From: Eledone cirrhosa | Lineage: Eukaryota | DNA length: 64,000 bases | Assembly (NCBI GenBank): GCA_964016885.1 | Contig: OZ024745.1 | Span: forward strand, 67,828,001 to 67,892,000 | Direction: 5' to 3' | Shown: one piece after another, positions 25,614-39,361 of the stretch | Numbering within the stretch: position 1 is the stretch's first letter | How the letters are laid out: every line of letters starts with the position of its first letter | Program-made: the position numbers and the translations under genes | Notes under the pieces: model-generated | What the model was told of the DNA's origin: nothing | The model's input: the letters and a program-made list of their open reading frames with translations, nothing else | The model's database searches: none

Positions 25614-27932
25614 TGAAAAATATGGGAAGAAGAATATTGCATGGTTGCACATGGATACCCTGATCGAAAACATGTATGTTGACACGTGTGACTGTTCAAG
25701 AAGAAAAACTCGTGTTCCTGAGCTAGGTGCACAACTTTTAATGAGTCCGAGTCAAAAACAAAAAAAAAAATAATACTGCCGGAAGCTCCATGGTTCGTTT
25801 GGAGGTTATATTTCATAATATTAGCTATTAAAAACTATAAACAGATCTTATCTTTACTTTTACAGTTATCTTTTTTACTGTGTGGGGTTTTATCCGATAG
25901 GTGAAGGGATTTGCCAATAGGGGGTTTTCCGGTAGGATGTTTCGTCCGGTACCGATTTAGTCTTTTTTTTTCCAGTGTGGTTTCTTTCCGTATCCCGGTT
26001 TTAATGCCCCTGTAACATCTAGCAAATTGCAGTGAAATAAAATATTGGTTGGGCTACCAGGTAACTAATGATTACAACGTGTATTCTTCGTTATCAACCT
26101 TATTAATTTCTTCCCGAGCATTAATGATCAGAGTTATTCCCAACAATTCCAACAAAGCCTTCTAGTTGTCACTAAATATTATACTAATTAGTTAAATTTT
26201 AAAAGACTTCTTTTTAAAAATAAAATGAATTTTATGAAGGTATTTATAAAAGATATATTATATCATAGAGGAGGGGGGAGACTTTGAAAAAGACATCGAA
26301 GGGAAAGTCAATATCTGATTATAGTTGAATTTTATAATGTTAGAAAGTATTGAGTTAGTTGTTTCTTTATTTATTGCTATCTTGAAATTGTTCTGATTCT
26401 AAATAGGATCGACCCTAGAAAGATTATTCCTGGATCGAAGCCAATTAAGGCGGGACACGATCAGATTAATATGGTGTCAACAGAGTTACTACCCTTGATT
26501 ATTAAAGACGCACTCATATTTACAATTATTTACTGCCGTTATCCAGCTACCATTTTATCGTAATTGATATCAGCATTTCATTGCAACGAAATTTTTAGCT
26601 GTTAATAAACATGATTAATTAATTAATTAATCAATCTTGCTATTTCTGTACAATACCAAGGCTTGCTAATATCGAAACTATAAATTACAGTCTTGGTTTT
26701 AACAATCCGCCGAGACTCTTTGTGTAGGATATTTCTCATTACTCCTAAATAACTACGTTAATTATTAATTAGTTGTCATAAAGACACTTATTGCCACTTC
26801 ATTTAGTTCATACACAATTAAGTCTGCTTGTTAAATTGTCTGGCAGAAGTAAATTTAACTGTGTCAGTCAATTATATTATATATCTATATATTACTGTTT
26901 ATAATTATTCTGGCGAGATCGATTCTCACTCCAAACAAGAAAGAAAATAACTTAGGTATATATATCTTTTGGATCTGCATTTTCACTTAGTTCAACTATA
27001 TCTACGTATATTTTTGTTCAATTATTGATTAGTCATACGCACACAAATTAAATGTAAAAATGTGTTTTCAATTCGATAATAAAATATTAAATATATGCAC
27101 GTATGAATCTTGAGATCTTTCGATATATTGAAATAAAAAAAAAAAAAAAAAAAAACGTATTTAAAGTGTTTACAGTTGATAGTATATATTTATCAGTGTG
27201 TTGTTTAGCCCCAAGTCGGCCCTGATCAAGCAATTAAAGGTATTTAAGTCATGGTCTGCCCGACTCCTTTGTTTTTCTCAGGAATAGTGTATTCTGGGCT
27301 ATACTATTAAATATGTCTCTTTAAGACGTAGGTGTTGTTTGAAACAGATTTATCTACTATTTTTAGCAAGTGGAGTGACCATGTAACTGTTAATTTGCTG
27401 GTTCATGTTTATTTGTATGCATATCACTGGGCAGTCTACGTTTTTTAAAAACACTATATGCTTAGTCGTCAACCGCATGGTGGTAGACACGTAATTATCT
27501 CCGTCTTCAAGTACCATCGAAAACTGTTTTCAAGCGATGTTTAGCTACCAGGTTAACTCTGATTTAGTTGACATATGTTCAAAAGCGTTCTAACAATGAC
27601 CAGTCTTTCTTTTATTTTGGCTTTATGTTACATTATTCAATCTGATTTTCTACAGTAAATTATACGACCAAATAAAAGCTCCCTCGTTGGCTATGCTTCC
27701 AAATGATGTATCTGATGTAAGCGGAGATACTCTGTCTGAGATATGCTTATAAGATTTTAACTTAACACTACAAACTTACGAAATAGTAATTTCTTATACA
27801 GTGCTTATTGCTGTAACTTTTCCCTATACCACATTACTAATTCATACGAAACTGAACTGAGCCGTTGAAAGTTGAAATACGTATATTTAAGCGCAAATAC
27901 ACTTACTCATATATGTAGTGTGTGTATGCATA

Positions 27933-27964
<32 letters not shown>

Positions 27965-28119
27965 AATGAAAGGTATAGAAATTGTTTTAGCGAGAAGCTA
28001 ACAGTATTCTATAATATATATATATATATACAATGATATTAAAACTTGTAGAGTGCTCTGAATCAGTTATAAACATTTATATTTGTTGAATTACCAACAA
28101 ATTGAATATCCCTTCTGCT

Positions 28120-28212
<93 letters not shown>

Positions 28213-28488
28213 TGTATGTGTATATATATATATATATATATGCAAAAGGCAAACAAATAAACTAAACGACACGGTACAATGAAGAAATCTATTAGTTTTA
28301 CGCTTGGTATAGTAGGAAAAGAGTCTTAACGTTTCGGAAGCTAGTCCTTCTTTAGAAAATAGAAAGATAGAGGAGAGAGGGCAGTGGCAGACACGAAAAA
28401 AAAAATTCAATGAGAAAAAACAGGTCTATTCATGTTGCCACAGTCGTATAGCCGAACTTCTATATAGTTTCCATCTACCCAAGTTCAA

Positions 28489-28770
28489 TAGGGCCGGCGC
28501 TACTATATAAGCAAACTAGGCAGCCGCCTAGGGCACTGATATCAGGGGGCGCATTTCTTCAAATCAACAACAATTTTTTAAAATAAATAAATTTCAGTAT
28601 TATTAAGGGTTATTTTTATCCTGGTTTGGTTTACTTCATACAAGGACAAATAAATGTTGAATTTTTTTATTTTATTGTTTATAAATTTTAAAATTGATAT
28701 TTTCCTGGGGTGGGGCGGGCGCCTGAATCTAGCCTTGTCTAGGGTGCCAGATAGTCTGGCAACGGTCCTG
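28489..28770. mobile_element. Probable hAT-type MITE
   Basis: Termini TAGGGCCGGCGC / GCAACGGTCCTG with GC-rich subterminal CTAGGG motifs. No clear TSD. Confidence 0.5.
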
Positions 28771-29110
28771 CTTACGGCAAATATTGATGCAATTCAATTA
28801 AAGCACTCAATGTACTTCTTCCAAATAGGAATGATGGAGTATATTTAGAATAAGAAAATGCAAAGTTGTAGAAACCTTCGCCTGTTCCCTTCGGGGGCGA
28901 AGGCTTCAAGAACATTATCTTTGACCGTTCGCTTGCCGTTTTAGTTTGGATTACCTCGAGAGCATAACCTTATTACACAATGAAGCTATCTGATGAGATC
29001 GTGACAATGGTTGCGTGAAATCACGTAGCCAATGTTGTCATTGAAATATGTATCACATCCTTATATATCAATAAAGGACTTTAATATTTACAACAACTTT
29101 GCATTTTCTT

Positions 29111-29210
<100 letters not shown>

Positions 29211-29669
29211 GGACTAGAGTTTGTACAGGTTGTATAACATAGATAACTTTATGATTAATATCTCGACATTTACTTATCGGACCCTTTTGCCCTTCTGTAG
29301 ACGCGGCAAAAATACTGTGACGACTCGCTGAATTTCCATTTTCGTTAAGGTGCATGATACATCAATGATAGAACTTAATTATGTCGTTTGAGTCGTATAT
29401 TGATATTTTAAAAACGAAATATGACTGATTAATAAAATAAAAGATTATAAGTCTCAATTATAAAACGGAAAGAAAAGAAAAAATTGAGAAATCAAAATTA
29501 TAATTGGACATGTTCTTTTATATATATAATTGCCAATTGTAGTCAGTTGGTTTCGTTTCATTTCCCTTATCGATGTATCTTAAAAGAAGACATGGTTATA
29601 GGATCTGTATTTTAAATCTCCTTCGGTCATAGATATGTATGTACACACACACATATATATATATATGTG

Positions 29670-29946
29670 TGTAGAAGTTCGATTTAAATTGTTGGGATAC
29701 AACAAGCAAATATTTTTATAACTGATATAAAGCACTCAACAAATTATTGGAGTAAAAATACGATATATTAACAAATGGAAACTATATTTATAAAACCACA
29801 TTTATTTCATTATACATATTTCAAGCACACCAAGTTAAATTATGGTGTGCTTTCATCAGATAAAATATAATATAGATCAGTTTTATAAATAAATATTGAC
29901 ATACCCTTAAAGAATGCGACCATTTCTGTTGGAAGATCCCGGATAG

Positions 29947-29950
<4 letters not shown>
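29670..29950 (-). mobile_element. Short hammerhead-containing repeat (Penelope pLTR/retrozyme-like), flanked by (TA)n
   Basis: Homologous in inverted orientation to 25180-25452; a partial third copy lies at about 28035-28118. Carries the intact hammerhead. Confidence 0.6.
29803..29867 (-). ncRNA. Type I hammerhead ribozyme motif, apparently intact
   Basis: Minus strand reads TATTTTAT-CTGATGA-AAGCACACCA(taatttaact)TGGTGTGCTT-GAAA-TATGTA-TA-ATGAAATA. This gives an 8-bp stem I, a 10-bp stem II, a minimal near-palindromic stem III and an AUA cleavage triplet. Confidence 0.8.
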
Positions 29951-29997
<47 letters not shown>

Positions 29998-30619
29998 TTC
30001 ATCTATCATTGTGGAAATTATCTGTCTGTCTCTTTGTTTTAATATCTATTGTGTGCGCGCGTGGGTGCACTCTTACTTTTAATTACCCGTGTGTAATCTG
30101 CCAAATATGAAGGCTATCTTCTCAGTCAGGTTGATGTGACTCCACCAGCTCTTGTCTGTCTATAGATTACATTGGCCACACATGATAGAATTCCCTCCTT
30201 CTACATTTCTGGACACTCTCGATGATAGCAGAATCATTTTTTGTTTGTATCTAAAACTTCAGTTATTGCTAAATTTATCTTGATAGCTCTTTTATTTTAG
30301 GTTTTACTTCTAGGTTTGGAAATTCATTTGCTTAATGCGGTTCTGGGTGCATTGTGCCTGAGAGAAAAAATGAGATGGTTAAAATTGGAACTCCTTTGAC
30401 CATAAGTTTGTTGGATTCGAGATGAAGGAGCATTAAACAACAACAACAACAACAATAAAAATAATAACATATATAAACACAATGAATTAAACAACTGAAC
30501 AATAATAGAGAAGAGATAATTCCATGTATAAATTATCTCCCTTGAAACTTGATTTAATATTTCAAACTTAAGTTATGATTCCTGCTTCGACTTATCTTGA
30601 AGATATTGTTGGCGCGTCT

Positions 30620-30985
30620 GAACGCAGATCGCTTTTATCGCCATACCTAGCTGAATCTCAAACGAGCCCTGGAGCCAACTTGATTGTCCAGGGTTGTTGA
30701 GAATAGGTCAGATGGTTTTTACCATTTCCCTTCAAGTAAAAGGTAGATGTCTCATTTGGGATGTCAGTTGGCAACTCTTTTGTTATCTCCCACATCATGA
30801 ATTTTGCGGTAATTTTGCAATATTAACTACACGGAATGAAGCTCTAGGCCGCTGACAAGAAGGTCTTTGTCGTTGGTGGTTCGCCTAATAGAAGTATCAA
30901 TTGATGCCCGCAAGGGCGCTTGGTGATCCAACGTCTTAACATGGCTATTGCCCGCGGCAATACTGCGAATGTGTTGGCTTGTTAA
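30620..30985 (+). mobile_element. Older, degraded CRE-clade endonuclease fragment
   Basis: Broken frames give RFYRHT*LNLKRAL, EPT, NRSDG, GRCLIWDV and IQRLNMAIARGNTANVLAC, in the same motif order as 39362-39985. Confidence 0.65.
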
Positions 30986-32289
30986 ACAAATTATTGGGGG
31001 AAAACTCCAAAGCCCCCTATAGCGGGTGATTAAATGTGCGTTTTCTCCTGTCCCCACTTTTTAATGTAGCTTTTAAAATATAAATTGTTTTTATTTAGAT
31101 GCATTTTATTAAAAATAAATTTTAGTGTAAATATGCTTATATCTACGACTGTTATTCTTGTTAAGGTAGCTTGTCTAGTCCACACGAATATCTCCATAAA
31201 AAGGAGGGGGGGGGGGGGGTAAGGTGTTATGTAACGTTCTTTTGAAATATGAACACTAATTTATAAGTAAATTATATTTCTAGCTTATGACATTCGGGGG
31301 AGCTTGGTTGCTGACAACGATGTTTTTGTCATAGCCCACCGGTACTTCTGTCAGACGATCCGCCAATAATGACAAGAACCTCGTTGGTATAATGTCTTAT
31401 GAAATTAATGGTGTTGATGAAGATAAGGTTTTATGGGCTATTTAATATAATATCAATTTATATTAGTTATTGCTTTTCGATAATAATGAGTGTCATAATA
31501 CTTTATCGAGGTACATAAAAAAAAAGAATGAGGTTCCGCAAATTATTTATTTGACAAACGTAAACTTGTACTAGGTAGGACTCCTACAGAAAGAAATATG
31601 ACAGCTCCGATTACAATCAAGGGGCAATAACTCAAATGTAAATTGAAAAAGAGCATGCGCGGAATTTTTGTGTAAATAATTCCCGCCTTACAGAAAAATA
31701 AAATAAATTAACCAAATAACACCTTGTCTTTATTTAGATACTTTAATGTCACCTTTTACGTTCTGAGTAAAACTCCCACTGAGGCTGACACAGTCATTCA
31801 TCCCGGATCGTTGAAATAAAAGGCCCCAGTCTTTGTTGTTTAACCCCAAAACTCCCCCTCCTTAATAATGGTTTCTGATTTAGGCACAAGGCCATAATAC
31901 AAACCTTTGACCAAAAGCATTCCATCCAATTTTATTTTTCAGGTGTAGTGTATCTGGGACTACATTATTCGGTGTGTTGCTTTTTAAATAAAAGGTTATT
32001 GGCGTGATTTAAAGGAGATATGAATGTTTTTACAGCAGCTTGAGCGACCATGTAAAATCTTCCCTGTTGTCCAGAAAAAATATCGATTAAGTGTTGAGAT
32101 CGATTCGATCGACTACACAAGTAGGACTCAACCTTTCTTGGCTTCCTTTTTTTAAACCCAAGTTACTTTGGCTCCCCATCCTCCATAAAGGCTATTAGTT
32201 GAAAAAGTTATTTCACCATTTGCAATATAAATCAAAAGGTCGATCTTTGATTATTTCACTCACCACTTTCACTTTGGTAACCTATAAAT

Positions 32290-32453
32290 CAGTCATGGGA
32301 AAATTACAGCCCACAAGCCACATGAATCCTGTTTGGATTTCTGAATGGCATGCATAATTTCAAAATGACCTTGAATTTTTTTAGTGGTGCAGTCCTCCTT
32401 ATGATGAGTGTCATCCTATACGGCCCACTGCTCATAAAAATAACCCATGCCTG
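32290..32453. mobile_element. hAT (Charlie-like) MITE
   Basis: TIR CAGTCATGGG/CCCATGCCTG. Perfect 8-bp TSD CTATAAAT. Confidence 0.82.
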
Positions 32454-35400
32454 CTATAAATACTCTCAGGTTTCAAATAATGCCCCCCCCCCCCTCCCAT
32501 CATCTGATATATTGGTAAGGTGAGCCGCCAAAAAATGACTAGAAATTCATTGTCACTGGCCTCACTTCTACAAACCTCTAAAACGCCACAGGCTAATAAA
32601 AACAGTTTGACGATAATACCTGGTATTTTATAATTTTATTCTGTTCAGCTATGGATGTAATGACCCTCACACCCAAGATATGGGAAGGAGCAAAAGAGAT
32701 GCTAACTGTGGCGTCCAAAATTAGACAACTACTTTTTACTCAAAGGCAAAGGGTAATACCATCACGCCTCTTCCAAATCAGCTTTGGATAATCTGGGTGG
32801 CTCCAGAATTGAAGGGATATTAACTTAAACCAGGGCTCATTTGATAATTAGGTTCAACTTGATATGTGGAGCCAAGTGACTTGCATTCAGACAGCATGAC
32901 AAATCATAAAAATCTATGGAGTCAAAGGACCTGGCACAATGACTTTTAAATCCTCCACAGATATCAGCTCTGGCTGAGCAAAATGGAGATGCGGAGCTCA
33001 ACCAAACTGAGTAAACCACAGATGCTGGTCAAATTTAATTCAAGGAGATTTGGATGATCTGAAACATTTGCCCAAGGTGCTGAAAACACTTACTTGTAAA
33101 GGAAAAATATAAATACTCAGCTATGCTTATATTCAGAATATGAGTGTATGTATGTAAGTCAATTTTAACTGCAATTTCTGAAAGAATAAAATATCTTTTT
33201 CCAGGCCTGATATCTTTTCTCCTTCAATTAAAACCCAATAGAATTCAAGCCAAAACTAAATAGAAAACTGAATAGAATTCTAGCAAATAAGGAGACTTCT
33301 ATACTGTTACCTGATCTCCTAGAACCAATAGCCAAATCTCCTTCAAATCACACTTTGCCATCTTGAAAAAGAATGATAATGTACATAATAGGTATATTGT
33401 GTCTAGAAACAAGAAATGGGATAGCCATGTCTAAACCTTCTTTGATTATAGGTCTGCTCAACTAGTGTTGACTTAAGGTTAAACAACAAACAATAACCAA
33501 CAAGAATTGAGTGTCTTACTCATTGATACCATGAATCATCTTCAGTGAGATATCTCACCTTGACCAGTATGTGTCATCTTAAAACCTTTAATTACCATAT
33601 TTTAAATGAAAGACATTGCCTGTGATTTCCAAATAATTTTTAAAATTATCAAAAGTTTGGAGAGATTTAATAATATAACTAATATTCTCATTATTAAGCT
33701 TGTGTGAATTGGCAGTATTGGTAGGGCAATGGACAACACACTTTGCCACATATAGTTATAACCCTTTACATTCTGAGTTCAAACCTGAAGTACCAGCGAT
33801 TGGTAATAAGAAAGGTATCCAGCTGTACAAAGCTTGTGAAACAAAGGGTTGGAAAGACCCTTCAGTTGTGTCAAGGATATGACAGCCTCTCTAGTGTTGG
33901 TGATCTACATGATAAACACACCCTGTACATGCTTTTATACGTAAGCAAGATTCAGACCCCCAGCCTGTCTAGGTGGTCAGTAGCCCCACTTCAGTACTGA
34001 CTTGGTCTATGGAAACCTATCTAATCTTTTCTAGCAGAGAAAGGGGATGTTAAACAATGATGATGATGATATATTATTTTACTAAATCCTTTTTAGTATT
34101 TCATTATTTTAAAAATAGAGGCAGTATATTTTCCTATAGTATAATTATAGGGTGATTTAACTGCTATTTCTAGCTAGTCAACCGATTACATAGAGACTCA
34201 ATTATTGACTCATGTTAAATATACTGAAATTGAGAAGGTCTTTAGAAGTACAAGTGATATTCATTTTGGTCTTGCCTCACAACTGATATAAGAAATATTG
34301 ATATAATACTGATATAAGAAATATTGTGCTCAATAATAGCATTTATCTAGAATTTTGGAATCAGAACATAAAGGAACCAAAGGCTGAGCTATACCATCCA
34401 ACTGAGAGTCTAATGTCTGTCCCCTCCCCATTGCTTTGTTTTTATATTTTTTTGTCTTGCTTTTAATACTGGCTGAAACTCTCGCTTGAGCGGGATTTCT
34501 TCTCTGAAGACATTCTGCTGTCCAGCTCTCCTGAGAGTTCCTTACCACAGTGTTAATAAAATATATTTCCATTGTTTACAGAGGTTATACGTGTAGAGTT
34601 GTAAAACCTCAAATTATTCAATTCACACACACATATATAATCAATGTTTAATACATTTGGATATGTTAGAAATTTATCTTTCACCTCACATTCAATACTA
34701 TGTAAAATAAGTATTGGTATTATTATTTAGGTCAGCCCTGTGATCATCTGTATCTAGAACTACATTATAGATTTTTAGGAAGAGTAGTGTGTGATTAGAG
34801 CAAGAGCTGGCTGCTATTTTCCTAAAATCCTGCTGTCATTTAAGAAAAAGGAAGGAGCACATTAGATAATAATAGATCTGTCAGTTTCAACAATGAGCAG
34901 TCAGGTGTTTGATCAACTGAATTAATGTGTAAGTGGTTGAGTATTTCATGTACAGGTGACCAAAGTAACAAAGCCTTGGCTATGAATTGTTTGAGGTGGA
35001 CCATGGGTTGTCACTCCATAGCACACACACTTCAGCTGACACCATCTGCTGCAGAAAAAAAGGGCGTGGCAGGCAGGTTCATCATGACAGCTTGCATCGG
35101 GCTGCAGACTTGTTTCCTTAAGTAGAACGTCGCCTTGATCACCTACCCACTGGGTGTCAGATCGTGCTTAGTCCGGTCCCTTCCCTGAAACCTTACCATC
35201 ATGGGTGGCCCTAACAGGTAGGTGGTGGAGCTCCTGACGACATTGCATCCATGTTCCTCAAGACGCGCAAGCTCCTCCATCCCAACACTGTGATGAGCCA
35301 TGTGTACCCTTAGCATATTTCTCAGGCAGAATCAGAATGACACAATATGGGACAAGGCTTTACAGTTGAACTACAGGTACAATCTATAAAACAGGCTTCC

Positions 35401-36472
35401 AAATTGTTTCCATCTACCCAATTTCACTCACAAGGCTTGGGTCAACCTGATGCCATGCAGTGGAATTGACCCCAAAGCCTCAGGATTTTAAAATGAACTT
35501 CTTAACCACTCAGCTGTGCCTATACATAAGAGAGTGTAGTTCTAGATACTTCAAAAAGACAAAATTGTCGTTGCTGGGATATCTTTTATCATGTGGTTTA
35601 ATGTTTAGGGTGCTGTCATAAATTCAATTCCTGGTGGTGTATAGTGTTTTTGAGCAAGACATTTTATTCCTCATTGCTCCAGTTCACTCAGCTGGCAAAA
35701 ATGATTTGTACATGTTTTTCAAATGACCAGCCTTATCCCACACCATGTTACGCCAAATCTGAGAGATACTTTAAGGTACATATGTCTGTAGAATACTCAG
35801 CCACTTACACGTTAATTTCATGACTAGGCTGTATTGTTGATCAAACAAAAGGTGCTCTCATTGTCAGAACTGATGGAGATCCAACCATTGATCTGCTTGA
35901 TGAAGACTGACCTGGGGTTAAACAACAGCAACAACCACTGCACCTATCTGTCTTTATAGCTGTGTCACAACTCTCACATTTTTTAAATATAGTAATCTTT
36001 CATTAAAAGTGGTGAATTGGCAAAGTCGTTAGGACATTGGATAGAATGCTTTGCAGTATTTGTTTTGGCTTGCTGCTCTCTGAGTTCAAATCCTGCTGAG
36101 GTCAACTTTGTCTTTCATCCATTCAAGGTTGATAAAAAAAAGTACCAGCCTAGTTCTAGAGTTGATTCTTCCTCTATATCTCTTCCTCACTTCCATCTTC
36201 GCTCCCTCTATCCTTCTCTGGAAGAAATCTGCTATATTTAAACCTGGAGAGGAGATGGTTTTAAAAATGTCCTAGAAATGCCATATGTCAATATGGCACC
36301 CCTACAACTCCCTCAGGAGTTACGAGTCTATACATATAATATTTCATTCTCTAGAACTCCGTCCTCACAAACATTGACCTGTAGAAGTTTGAACTGAACA
36401 TCAACCATATTAACAAAACCAGCTTGTGGGGCCTACCAGTGATTTAAAAAGATTTTATCAGTATGGTCTGAA

Positions 36473-36630
36473 AAGTGCTGGATTTAGGACAATGAGGCCC
36501 TGTGCTAGTTAAGTTAGAGGCCTCTTACTTGGACCCAGAAGGAGGTAAAAAGATTTTTTGACTAGAAGATGAGCCCCACCCTGGACAACAGGGCCCTGTG
36601 CACCTAAGCACAATGGTAAATCTGGCACTT
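36473..36630. mobile_element. hAT-type MITE with 8-bp TSD
   Basis: TIR AAGTGCTGGATTTA/TAAATCTGGCACTT. Perfect TSD GGTCTGAA at 36465-36472 and 36631-36638. Confidence 0.85.
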
Positions 36631-36893
36631 GGTCTGAAAGAAGGGACTGGGCCAACTGAAACATCAGAAAAAGGTATTAATGTTCCATCTGATGAGTGGC
36701 GAATTAGCAGTGTCATTAGATAGTACAAATTGCTTTGTGGAGTTTGTTCCGGCTTTCTGCATTTATGTTCGAATCCTGATGGGGTTAATATTGCATTTCA
36801 TCCTTTCAGTGTAGAGAAATTAACCTATCAGTTCAGAATGGTGGATTGGTGGAAGAATTGTTAGAGCATTGGACAAAATGGTTAGGGTTCGCC

Positions 36894-37079
36894 CAGTGCC
36901 GGATTTACCATTGTACTTAGGTGTGCTTGAGCACAGAGCTTCGTTGTCCAGGGGAGCCCATCTTCCTCGCCACCAACAAGAACATTTTTTTTGACGATGA
37001 ATTACCTCCTTCAGGGCCCAAGTAAGAGGCCTCATAACTTAACTAGCACAGAGCTTCATTTGTCCTAAATCCGGCACTG
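36894..37079. mobile_element. hAT-type MITE, same family, opposite orientation
   Basis: Perfect TIR CAGTGCCGGATTTA. TSD GGTTCGCC/GGATCGCC. Confidence 0.88.
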
Positions 37080-37603
37080 GGATCGCCTCACTGAGTTGTG
37101 GGGTGATGTCCGTGAGTGCCTGATTGTGTCGGCGCCTTAGTCTCGCCATCACCCGCGTTAATGTCGCGAGCGTGTTGGCTTGCTTCAAAATATTCCGTTG
37201 ATCTTTGTGGTGTGCGGCCGATTGTCGCACTTGGTGGTGAATTGATGATTGTTATTGTTTTTTTCTTCTTCTTTCTTTTTCTTTTTCTCTCGATTTGACC
37301 ATATATTTTTGTGCATTATATTTGTGAGGTTCCTAGCAATAATTAATTGTATTTATGTGTTTATATTTTCAATTTGTAAGAACTATAAACAAATTGTAAT
37401 GTTCGTAAAAGAGTGTATATATATATATCTATATATAAAATAAAATAAAATATATATATATATAGGAGGGAGGGAGCAAGAGATACACTCACACATACAT
37501 ACATTTATATGTAGATCATAGGAGGGAAGGAGAAGGAAGGATACATACATATATACACGCGAGAGAGAAGTACACACATACGCGCACACAGACACACATA
37601 TAT

Positions 37604-37641
<38 letters not shown>

Positions 37642-37689
37642 CATACATATAACGTATATGTATACCACACATACGTGTTAAAGTATAAC

Positions 37690-37731
37690 AGACTACGTCA
37701 CTTCCTGTCAATGACAGACCAGTAAAATGGC
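37690..37731 (+). promoter_or_regulatory. Proximal promoter/5' UTR region of SELENOF
   Basis: ETS-like CACTTCCTG, a CRE half-site ACGTCA and YY1-like AAAATGGC lie directly at the ATG, within a locally CpG-retaining region. Confidence 0.45.
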
Positions 37732-37771
37732 TGATCTACCGGGCTTTATTGCCCTGTTGGTGATGTTATTT
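37727..37771 (+). CDS. SELENOF: Selenoprotein F (Sep15) coding exon 1, N-terminal signal peptide MADLPGFIALLVMLF
   Basis: ATG in AAAATGGC context, hydrophobic signal-like peptide, GTAAGT donor at 37772. Phase 0 joins in frame to exon 2. Confidence 0.85.
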
Positions 37772-39361
37772 GTAAGTATTTTAGACAAATTTCTTTCCCT
37801 CCATCACGAAATTAGTATATCTATTTGGGAATATTATCTTCTAATCATAGCTTCATTTTATTCATTAAATAGTTGGTCATCCCTCTTCAAGTTACGTTTC
37901 TTCTTAGATCACTTCCTTTCGAATGCCACGTTATCTTAAACCATTGTTGTTTACTTGGATCCGGTTTAGCTCTAATCAAACAGACCTATAATCAAAGACA
38001 TTCCATTAGTGTTAATCAATTTTTTTTTATATCAGGTGGATGGCTGTTCATCGATTCAACGATGACGTTACTCCTGTCAACCAGATATATCGATGAGCAG
38101 GTAGATGCAATATAGATTTGATATGACAGATTTAATGTGTGATACTACAGTTTAGGGTAAAGATCGCCTTCGGTCACAAATGATTTGCCCCTAGAAAGGT
38201 TGTTTTTGGAAGACCAGTAATCTCACATATCCACCCATGTTGTCCAATACTCTAACCTCTAAGCCATATGCGCCTTCACACCACACTGTTAAATGTGTCC
38301 ATCCTTTATTTAAAACAGTGTTGTATTTTGAAGGAGATTCGGCTACTATTTCTAGCAGGCCAAGCGATAATGTATAATAATAATTGTTTCTACTTTTGGC
38401 ACAAGGCCAGCAAATACTCATTACATTACTGGTACTTTATTTTATCGACCCCGTAATGTACAATAATAATAATGGAAAGTATTGTGTACAGTGCTCAGGT
38501 GCACTACAATTCCTCGAAGGTGCATGTATAGTACATAGAATAATGTACAAAGACTCGCTCGTTATCTCTAGCTGTTAGATGTCCTGGTAGTGACACGTGA
38601 ACTTAAACTATTTGTTGTTAGATCTTTTATTAATCACATTAGATCCAACAGTGATTTTGAAAAACTATTATTTGTTACATGAAAAAATAAAATATTTCAA
38701 TATTCGCCGCCCCCTTTTTTCTTTCTATCCCATATAATGTGTTGTTATCTAGGATTAAACAAAAAATTAAAAAGCATGACAATTCAATGCTAATTGCTCA
38801 ACGACGACTTATTGTTATATCGACACTATATAATGGTTTCTGATTTAGGTACGAGGCCAACAATTTGGGGGAGGGGAAGGTTGATTTAATTGATCCTAGT
38901 GCGTTACTGGTACTTCATTTTATCGATTTCATAAAGATGAAAGGCAAAGCTAACCTCGGCAGGATTTGAACTCAGAACGTAAAAGACCGTAAGTACATGC
39001 CGCAAAGCATGTTGGTCAACACACTACCGATACTGCCAATCCACCACCCTCACATTATCACTATATAATGAATATGATTTGCGAAAGAAACAAATCAATA
39101 AAACAATTTGAAAAAATACAAAACTGCTCACAACAGGGAATGCTGGTATCACCCTTAAGAGATTTGGGCTTGGAAATGAAATGTTATATAATTGAATTAT
39201 TTATTGACGAGAGGAGAAAGTCGATTATATCAACTTTTACTTTATTTTATCAATCTCATAAAGATGATAGACAAAGTTGACCCTAACAGGATTTAAATTA
39301 TTTATTTATTTATTTACATATTGTTTTTGCACACTGGTTATATTTGTGGAGGGTCATGTTT

